This document shows positions 57,174-64,000 of a stretch of DNA of 64,000 nucleotides, piece by piece (position 1 is the first letter of the stretch; each line of letters starts with the position of its first letter). The notes below the pieces were generated by a model that saw nothing but the letters and a program-made list of their open reading frames with translations, searched no databases and had not been told where the DNA came from. Both the position numbers and the translations under genes were made by a program. Source of the stretch: Chloroflexota bacterium. GTDB lineage: Bacteria; Chloroflexota; Dehalococcoidia; GIF9; UBA5629. The DNA is taken from NCBI GenBank assembly GCA_016875875.1, contig VGOP01000008.1:19834-83833 (forward strand), given 5' to 3'.

Positions 57174-59513
57174 ATGAGTAGCTGGGGCATGGGCGATGGA
57201 ATTGGTGAATTTGGCCCCATAATAGCTAAAAAGTATGGAAGTATGGGGATTGTGTATATTGTCCCAGATTGGGACTGGAAACGCATCTTTGCTGTTAAAA
57301 CCTATAGGGACATACTTGGTGAGCGAGGCACAAGTAAATTCCTAGAAGAGGCATTGTGTTGGGTCAATCTGGAAAAACACACCAATATTGTCTTCGCCAA
57401 CTTCGTCGAGACTGTAGAAGAAAAACTATGCATTTTCCTAGAATACATCGAGAATCTCAAACACCTGTCTTATTATATCGGCAAGCTGGATATCTCTCAG
57501 GCCTTGGACTATGCAATTCAATTCTGCACCGGCATGGTATATGCCTATAACAAGCGACGGATAGTTCACCGGGATATAAAGCCTGACAACATATTTGTTA
57601 CACCCGATGGAGTACTCAAGATTTCCGATTTCGGTTTGGCCAAAGCAATTGAGAGACTAGAAAAAGGACAAAATCGCGGAAGTTATACGACGACAGGGTA
57701 TAGTGTGGGAGCACTGCCCTATAAAGCCCCAGAACAGTATTCTGCATTGGTACGCAAGCGATACCAATTTCCTCATGGACAAATCACTACAAGGAGTGAT
57801 ATCTACTCCTTTGGAGTTACGTTCTACCAGCTCATGACAAAAAAGCTTCCACTAAAAGTCGAAGAGGTGTTCATCAAGAAGAAACCGATTAATCCGTGTA
57901 AATTGAATAAGGAAATCCCCGAGCAACTTGGTGCACTACTTATGAAATGCCTTGAATACAACCCTGCGGACAGATATGGTAGCTTCACGGAAGTGAGGCG
58001 AGCACTAATAGATGTATATAGTTCGCTCCCTGAGGAGCAAAAGGCTTTTGGTGCTACATATTCTGTCAGAGGGAGAAAGTTACCCTTGACCGCTGTTGAT
58101 TGGGTCAGTAAAGGTTTTTCCTTGACGCGCCTTGGCAGACATAATGACGCCATAAATTGTTTCAGGAAGGCTCAAAAGCGAAACCCAAAACTAGTAGAAG
58201 CTTGGCTAAACGAAGGTGCTTGTCTGATGGAACTAGGAAAGCACGAAGAGGCAATAGCCCTATTTGACAAGGCCTTGGGATTGTACCAATTCTCAACTCA
58301 AGCTTGGGCCTTGAAGGTACAGGCTTTAGCATCCCTGGGAAGAGTCAAGGAAGCTATCTGCTGTTTCAGTGAAGCCCTCCGGAAAATCGCGTTGTATTCT
58401 CCAGAACCGCTCGATACTGTAGAGTATTTCATGCGGCAGGGGAACTATGAACAAGCTCTTAGTTATTGTAACAAGGCCTTAGGGGCAGACCCGGCGGATC
58501 GGGCGACTTTGGTCAAAAGGGCTGCTTGTCTAAAAGCCATGGGCAAGAATGACGAGGCGATCGAGAGCCTTGATGTGGCAATGAAGATGAATTCAGACAA
58601 TCGTGAATATGAGTATTTTCGTGCGTTGGCTTGGAACGCCTCGGCTCTATTAGATTTGGGAAGAGACGAAGAAATCTTTAGATGGGTGAAAGAGGAGTTG
58701 GAAATGGAGACAGAACGAAGGATGCTTTTGCCATTGAGATGGGAGAAGGAAGAAGTGCCATCACGGTCTGCGTTGCTGGATAATATAGCATTTTGTGACA
58801 AGGTATTGAAAATTAACCGCGCAAGCTATACTGATGCTCTGTGGCATAAGGCAATGAGTTTAATATCACTGCGGCGATATCAGCAAGCTGTCTACTGCCT
58901 TGACGAGGCTCTAAAGATAGGGCAGGAGAATCACTGGATGTGGACAGACAATGGTTTGGCCCTGGAAATGCTAGGCAGATATGAAGATGCAATCCACTGC
59001 TTTGAGCAGGCTCTCAGGACAGATCCAGGTCAGTATGTGGCCTCAACTGGCAAGGCACGTCTTCTAGCCAAGTTGGCAAGACGTGAGGAGATGATAGAGT
59101 TTCTGCTTGAATTGAGGAGATCAGCCCCAAAAGTGTTGGATGAGTGGGTTGAGCAAGGTGAGATTCTTTTAATTTGGAAGGGAGAACACGAGAAAGCAAT
59201 CGAGTTATTTGATATGGCTCTTACTGCTGATGGCAGGATGGCCCGTGCCTGGGGTGGTAAAGGTTCTGCCTTGATGTTATTGCAGAGATATGTAGATGCA
59301 ATCCACTGCTTTGACAAACTTCTCGAAATCAACCCGAGGTCTAGTGATGGCTGGTACCGCAAGGGTGTTTGCCTTACATATTTGGATAGCCATGATGAAG
59401 CAAAAGACTGCTTTTTGAACTTTATCAAGCTTGCACCGCCTGAAAAGGCGGACTTAATCAAAACCGCGAAAGATTACCTTAGCCAACTTGGGCAAAAAGA
59501 TGGGGGAAGGTAA
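57174..59513 (+). CDS. Hanks-type Ser/Thr protein kinase with C-terminal TPR repeats
   Basis: 779 aa. HRDIKPDNIF catalytic loop, DFGLAK, APE. More than 10 TPR-like repeats in the C-terminal 450 aa. Confidence 0.75.
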   Translation: MSSWGMGDGIGEFGPIIAKKYGSMGIVYIVPDWDWKRIFAVKTYRDILGERGTSKFLEEALCWVNLEKHTNIVFANFVETVEEKLCIFLEYIENLKHLSYYIGKLDISQALDYAIQFCTGMVYAYNKRRIVHRDIKPDNIFVTPDGVLKISDFGLAKAIERLEKGQNRGSYTTTGYSVGALPYKAPEQYSALVRKRYQFPHGQITTRSDIYSFGVTFYQLMTKKLPLKVEEVFIKKKPINPCKLNKEIPEQLGALLMKCLEYNPADRYGSFTEVRRALIDVYSSLPEEQKAFGATYSVRGRKLPLTAVDWVSKGFSLTRLGRHNDAINCFRKAQKRNPKLVEAWLNEGACLMELGKHEEAIALFDKALGLYQFSTQAWALKVQALASLGRVKEAICCFSEALRKIALYSPEPLDTVEYFMRQGNYEQALSYCNKALGADPADRATLVKRAACLKAMGKNDEAIESLDVAMKMNSDNREYEYFRALAWNASALLDLGRDEEIFRWVKEELEMETERRMLLPLRWEKEEVPSRSALLDNIAFCDKVLKINRASYTDALWHKAMSLISLRRYQQAVYCLDEALKIGQENHWMWTDNGLALEMLGRYEDAIHCFEQALRTDPGQYVASTGKARLLAKLARREEMIEFLLELRRSAPKVLDEWVEQGEILLIWKGEHEKAIELFDMALTADGRMARAWGGKGSALMLLQRYVDAIHCFDKLLEINPRSSDGWYRKGVCLTYLDSHDEAKDCFLNFIKLAPPEKADLIKTAKDYLSQLGQKDGGR

Positions 59514-59667
59514 TCCGACAACCTTAGAACCAGGTTACTCAACTTAGTATCCACAAATTGTCCAGAATGTTTTTCGTTACAAAATTGCCTGGAGGTTTAC
59601 AGCGAAACAAGGAGCTGTTGCAAGGCCGGAATAAGATGTTTCTTCTCAAACACGAGTTCGGGAACTG

Positions 59668-59685
59668 TCCAGACTGGCCCACCAA
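59668..59685. repeat. right copy of an imperfect 18-bp direct repeat (16/18 match to 53311-53328)
   Basis: gtccagactggcccacca against gtccacaatggcccacca. Confidence 0.3.
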
Positions 59686-59826
59686 GTCTATTTTCACCCT
59701 TTGGGTGACCCGCTGACGCACCAAGTCAGGAGATCACACCAACTGTCTAATACGAGAACACTCTTACCCTGACTAAAGGCGCCCCTTTGTTCAAGCGGTT
59801 TGACATCTGGAACCTAAGTGCTGTAA

Positions 59827-59850
59827 AATGATTTGCAAATGATTTGCATT
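59827..59850. promoter_or_regulatory. Fur-box-like tandem/palindromic operator upstream of fur-feoAB
   Basis: aatgatttgcaaatgatttgcatt. The palindrome tgcaaatgatttgca lies 65 bp upstream of fur. Confidence 0.4.
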
Positions 59851-59913
59851 AGCATCAAGAGCTGCGAGAAGTTAAAAAAGGTTCAGGATTAACAACAAGA
59901 CTGGCGCTGGAAT

Positions 59914-60351
59914 ATGGCTAATCTAATCAAACAGAAGGCTGGGGCTAGCCAGGCACTAAGTAGTTCAAGCCGGCGGGTAACGGCTCAGCGTACTCTGCTA
60001 CTGGAACTGCTTCGCCAGAGCGGCGGACATGTCGATGCCGATGAATTGTATCGCCGGGCACGAAGGAAGAACTCTCGGATTAGCCTGTCCACAGTCTACC
60101 GAAACTTGCAGCTTTTTAAGAAGTTGGGGCTGATAGAAGAGCATCACTTCGACGAGGAGCATCATCATTATGAGGCGAAGTCAGGGGCAGAACATCAGCA
60201 TCTTTTGTGTATTAGTTGCGGCAAAGTCGTTGAATTTGCCTGTCCCGTGAGCCAGAAGTTTAGAGAGAATATCGGCAAAAAATATGACTTCGACATCGGT
60301 GATGTCGAAGTCCACATGACAGGCTTGTGCTCAAGCTGCCGCAGCAAGTAA
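59914..60351 (+). CDS. fur: Fur-family metalloregulator
   Basis: 145 aa. wHTH, HHHxE and CxxC...CxxC metal sites (HHFDEEHHHYE, CISCG, CSSC). Confidence 0.75.
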   Translation: MANLIKQKAGASQALSSSSRRVTAQRTLLLELLRQSGGHVDADELYRRARRKNSRISLSTVYRNLQLFKKLGLIEEHHFDEEHHHYEAKSGAEHQHLLCISCGKVVEFACPVSQKFRENIGKKYDFDIGDVEVHMTGLCSSCRSK

Positions 60352-60387
60352 AGTGAAACAGTGCCAGATAGGAGTTAACGTACGTTC

Positions 60388-60639
60388 ATGTCTCAGAATA
60401 TACAACTGACTTTAGGTCAGATGGAAGCCGGGCAGACCGGTACGGTAATTCAAATTTTAGGTGGTCGAGGCTTGACCCGGCGCCTTGAGGCTCTGGGTAT
60501 CAGGCCAGGGAAAAAGGTGACTAAAATAAACTCCGCACTTTTCCGCGGGCCGGTCACTCTCAGGGCAGACTATACCCAGGTGGCCATTGGTTTCGGCATG
60601 GCCAATAAAATACTGGTTGAAATCGATACCTCCACTTAA
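60388..60639 (+). CDS. feoA: FeoA
   Basis: 83 aa SH3-like small protein (GQTGTVIQI...LGIRPGKKV). Confidence 0.7.
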   Translation: MSQNIQLTLGQMEAGQTGTVIQILGGRGLTRRLEALGIRPGKKVTKINSALFRGPVTLRADYTQVAIGFGMANKILVEIDTST

Positions 60640-60657
60640 AGCTCTTCTCAGGCAACA

Positions 60658-62364
60658 ATGAAGATCCTACTCATGGGCAACCCCAACGTGGGTAAGAGCG
60701 TTCTCTTTTCCAGACTTACCGGCACGCGCACTATCGCTTCAAATTATCCCGGCACCACTGTCGAGTTCATTAAAGGCGCTCTGAAACTTGGCCAGGAGCA
60801 GGCTGAGATTATTGATGTCCCCGGCACTTACACTCTCGAACCCACCAGCAAAGCAGAAGAGGTAGCTGCCGAAATGCTGAAGGAAGGGGATTTAATAATC
60901 GATGTGGTTGACGCCACCAATTTAGAGAGAAATCTCAACCTCACCTTGCAATTACTGGAAAGACAGGTGCCGGTAATAGTTGCACTTAACATGTGGGATG
61001 ACGCTCATCACCGAGGGATAAATATAGATGTTGCCCGCCTAGAAGAGCTACTCGGCGTGCCGGTCGTCCCTACGGTAGGAGTAACCGGGCAAGGAATTAG
61101 AGAATTGGTCAGCCGTCTTCCCGAGGCAGCAACACCTCAGATGGTCTACTCTAGCAGCGATGAAAGGTGGGCAAAAATCGGCGATATCGTGAGCCAGGTA
61201 CAATCGTTGAGCCATCGCCACCACACCTGGCGTGAGGTTTTGGAGGATGCCAGCAGCCATCCGGTAGGTGGGGCTGCTATCGCCCTGCTGGTTCTCGTTG
61301 CTACCTTCTTGGTCATCCGCTTTATCGGCGAAGGCATCATCAATTATGTGACTGACCCATTCTTTAACTGGCTCTGGACACCGTTGCTGATGAAGCTGAG
61401 TCTCGCTTTTGGGTCAGGGGGTTTCTGGCACGATATCCTGGTAGGCAGGCTAATCAATGGGCAGATTGACTATCTTCAGTCCCTCGGTCTGTTCAGCACG
61501 GGGCTTTATATCGAGTTCGGAGTGGTGATACCGTACATCGTCTCTTTCTATCTCGTACTGGGCATACTGGAGGATGTCGGATACCTGCCACGCCTGGCAG
61601 TATTAATGGACACATTGATGCACCGATTAGGGTTACACGGTTACGCCATAATCCCTACTATACTCGGCTTCGGATGTAACGTACCAGCGGTTATGGCAAC
61701 CCGAATACTGGAGAGTCGGAGGGAGCGGTTCATTGCCGCTACCCTGATTTCCATCGGTGTACCCTGTGCGGCATTGCAGGCTATGATAATAGGATTGGTG
61801 GGGCAGCAAGGCATCCAGTATGTGGCTATTGTTTACGGCAGCCTGTTTGTATCTTGGATCATCATAGGGCTTATCCTCAATTATACTGTCAAAGGGTTCA
61901 GCCCGGAACTTATAATGGAGATTCCACCCTACCGTTTCCCACCGTGGCGAGTTATCGGAGAGAAACTCTGGCTAAGGGTCTATAGCTTTATAAAAGAAGC
62001 CCTGCCCATAGTGCTTGGAGCTGTACTGGTGGTAAACATCCTTTACATGATAGGAGTTTTCGACTTTATAGCTAACATCGCCGCTCCGGTCTTGACTGGG
62101 TTATTCGGGCTGCCCAAAGAGACAGTTGTTGCCCTAGCTATCGGCTTTTTGCGTAAGGATGTAGCCGTGGGCATGCTCGCTCCCCTGGGGCTAACCGCCA
62201 AGCAACTGGTCATAAGTACTACCGTTATGGCTATGTCCTTCCCCTGTGTGGCTACCTTTGTGGTGCTGGCTCGAGAGCTGGGAGCTAAGGACATGCTTAA
62301 AGCCACAGGTATAATGATTGCGGCAGCGCTAATAGTAGGCGGCCTGCTAAATCTGATTCTGTAA
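60658..62364 (+). CDS. feoB: ferrous iron transporter FeoB
   Basis: 568 aa. N-terminal G-domain (GNPNVGKS) and polytopic membrane domain. Confidence 0.85.
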   Translation: MKILLMGNPNVGKSVLFSRLTGTRTIASNYPGTTVEFIKGALKLGQEQAEIIDVPGTYTLEPTSKAEEVAAEMLKEGDLIIDVVDATNLERNLNLTLQLLERQVPVIVALNMWDDAHHRGINIDVARLEELLGVPVVPTVGVTGQGIRELVSRLPEAATPQMVYSSSDERWAKIGDIVSQVQSLSHRHHTWREVLEDASSHPVGGAAIALLVLVATFLVIRFIGEGIINYVTDPFFNWLWTPLLMKLSLAFGSGGFWHDILVGRLINGQIDYLQSLGLFSTGLYIEFGVVIPYIVSFYLVLGILEDVGYLPRLAVLMDTLMHRLGLHGYAIIPTILGFGCNVPAVMATRILESRRERFIAATLISIGVPCAALQAMIIGLVGQQGIQYVAIVYGSLFVSWIIIGLILNYTVKGFSPELIMEIPPYRFPPWRVIGEKLWLRVYSFIKEALPIVLGAVLVVNILYMIGVFDFIANIAAPVLTGLFGLPKETVVALAIGFLRKDVAVGMLAPLGLTAKQLVISTTVMAMSFPCVATFVVLARELGAKDMLKATGIMIAAALIVGGLLNLIL

Positions 62365-62508
62365 AGACAGAAACAGCCTTGTTTCATCCAAGATGGTGTT
62401 CTACTGCTCATAACTACTGCATTCTTGCCAGTCAGTCCATCAATAATGGCTTGACAAAGGGCTTATAATTTATAATATTAACCGTACCGACGAGGAAAGG
62501 AGGGGGTT

Positions 62509-63288
62509 ATGATTGCGGACTGGTTCAAGACTCGCAGATATTTCGGCACCACCAAGCAAAAACAGACTCATGCCTCTGTCTATGAATTCCCAATCAAAGG
62601 CGGAATAGTCAAACGAATATTAAGAAGGCCAACTTCCAAGATAACTTTTAAGATAGCCAGAGCATTAGTCGAAGGTGTACTTAGAGTTTTTGTCCGCTTA
62701 GAGATAAAAGATAAGGAAAACCTGCCGGCAAACGGACCTATCATCGCTGTCTTCAATCACCTCAACTTGATAGACCCGCCTCTACATATAATCAGCATTT
62801 TGCCTCGAGATAGCATCATTATGGCCAAGGAGGAGCTGTTTTACTACTGGCCCATGCCTATCTTCCGCATATTAATGGATGCCGCGGAAGCCTATCCTGT
62901 GCGCCGCCGTGGAACTCCTGAGGAAAGACAGCTGGCGACGAAATACGCAGAAGACGTATTGGCAAAAGGTCTTGTCTTCGGTATATATCCTGAAGGCACA
63001 CGGAGCAAGGCCGGCTGCCTAAAAGAAGCGTATCATGGTTGTGCACTCATAGCCTTGAGTACCAGCGCTCCCCTTATACCTGTTTCAATCCTCGGAACGG
63101 AGAAACTTAGGGGGATCGGCTGGCTGACTCGCCCAAAAGTAACCATCACTTTCGGCAAACCTTTCACGCTTCCAACTGTCCAAGGTAAGCCATCTGAAGC
63201 GCGGCTAAAAGAGCTTACCGAATACATAATGGGGAAGGTCGCTGCCATCCTGCCTCCAGAATACCGGGGTATTTATAAACCCTGCTGA
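62509..63288 (+). CDS. plsC: lysophospholipid (1-acyl-sn-glycerol-3-phosphate) acyltransferase
   Basis: 259 aa. NHLNLID (HX4D) and YPEGTRS motifs. Confidence 0.7.
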   Translation: MIADWFKTRRYFGTTKQKQTHASVYEFPIKGGIVKRILRRPTSKITFKIARALVEGVLRVFVRLEIKDKENLPANGPIIAVFNHLNLIDPPLHIISILPRDSIIMAKEELFYYWPMPIFRILMDAAEAYPVRRRGTPEERQLATKYAEDVLAKGLVFGIYPEGTRSKAGCLKEAYHGCALIALSTSAPLIPVSILGTEKLRGIGWLTRPKVTITFGKPFTLPTVQGKPSEARLKELTEYIMGKVAAILPPEYRGIYKPC

Positions 63289-63311
63289 GCTGTCTGCTGG
63301 AACCGCAATAT

Positions 63312-64000
63312 ATGGCCAAGGTAGAAGTCAAAAAAGCTCGCGAGTTCGGCTTATGCTTCGGTGTCAGGCGAGCTATTAAAATAATCGATAAGGCGGCCAA
63401 AGAGAACCAGGAAATAGCAACACTGGGACCGATAGTGCATAATCGGCTAGTGGTAGCTAATCTGGCTGATGCTGGAGTTAAGGTCATAAATGAGCTAGAC
63501 CAGGTTGAAGACAGGGTCATCGCTATTACCTCACACGGTGCCCCACCACAATTGCTGGCGCAGATTCAAGCTCGAAAGCTTAGTATAATCGACACTACCT
63601 GTCCCATAGTCCGCAGCGCCCAGAAAGCAGCTAAAAAACTGGCTCAGGCTGGCTTCCGTGTTATTATTTTCGGCGAAGCTACCCATCCTGAAGTTAAAGG
63701 GTTGCTGGGATGGGCAGGTAATGATGCTGTTGCCACTCTGAATGGAGAGGAGGTAGCTCAACTGAAACTGCCTCGTCGGCTGGGCATCATTTCGCAGACC
63801 ACACAGAGCCACGCCAAGTTTGTCGAGTTTATTAATGAGGTCATCAGGGCCGTTTTCCCTGATGTCCAAGAATTGCGCATCATAAATACTCTTTGTCAGG
63901 AAACACGAAAACGGCAAGAAGCTGCTATAGAATTAGCTGAAAAAAGTGACCTGATGATAGTTGTTGGCGGACACAATAGTGCCAACACACAGCGTCTAGC
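63312..64000 (+). CDS. ispH: 4-hydroxy-3-methylbut-2-enyl diphosphate reductase, 5' part (runs off the window)
   Basis: Starts MAKVEVKKAREFGLCFGVRRAI. LytB motifs TCP and HPEV are present. No stop before the window end. Confidence 0.8.
   Translation, partial: MAKVEVKKAREFGLCFGVRRAIKIIDKAAKENQEIATLGPIVHNRLVVANLADAGVKVINELDQVEDRVIAITSHGAPPQLLAQIQARKLSIIDTTCPIVRSAQKAAKKLAQAGFRVIIFGEATHPEVKGLLGWAGNDAVATLNGEEVAQLKLPRRLGIISQTTQSHAKFVEFINEVIRAVFPDVQELRIINTLCQETRKRQEAAIELAEKSDLMIVVGGHNSANTQRL

Noticed and set aside
53254-59685. Intact prophage or integrative conjugative element
   Set aside because: There is no integrase, recombinase, or phage structural or replication gene. Only boundary repeats and a tRNA-like remnant remain, so at most it is a decayed island.

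Overview
This is a compact, gene-dense bacterial chromosomal segment of about 50% GC with many overlapping or abutting genes. Its content resembles an anaerobic Chloroflexi/Dehalococcoidia-type genome, but taxonomy cannot be proven from sequence alone.

Housekeeping genes include ilvE, dinB, pyrF, folC, tilS, pabABC, sucCD, serS, lysS, greA, speH-speE, tldD/tldE, fur-feoAB, plsC and the 5' part of ispH. One clean tRNA-Ser(TGA) lies at 34727-34814 on the minus strand. No rRNA, CRISPR array, integrase or transposase was found.

Accessory or unusual content:
1. A lactate-utilisation module at 15.0-19.2 kb: a LarA-like gene, tandem LUD-domain paralogs and a three-domain LutC-LutB-LutA fusion.
2. 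A small defence islet inserted at the 3' end of that fusion gene, bracketed by an approximately 100-bp direct duplication of the gene's 3' end. It carries a wHTH-nucleotidyltransferase plus HEPN-like pair and a truncated PLD-nuclease/helicase N-terminal fragment fused in frame to the duplicated tail. It is followed by a lower-GC single-chain MmeI-like restriction-modification gene.
3. A split B12-dependent acyl-CoA mutase with a MerR regulator, next to a sucCD operon that also carries two tandem transglutaminase-like paralogs.
4. A three-gene paralog cluster of cytoplasmic zinc-ribbon / transmembrane / FN3 / TlpA-like thioredoxin proteins.
5. A roughly 6.3-kb segment (53.3-59.7 kb) bounded by an imperfect 18-bp direct repeat. 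The left copy sits in a tRNA-like 3'-end fragment (T-loop plus CCA) that does not fold into a full tRNA. The segment encodes a minus-strand operon of several small unknown proteins plus an AAA+ ATPase, divergent from an FHA-winged-helix regulator and a Ser/Thr kinase with TPR repeats.
6. A dispersed family of short intergenic repeats, including a perfect 33-bp copy in inverted orientation at 14.16 kb and 26.89 kb, and a nested-palindrome region at 26.1 kb.

All family assignments rest on motif recognition by eye. No database search was run.
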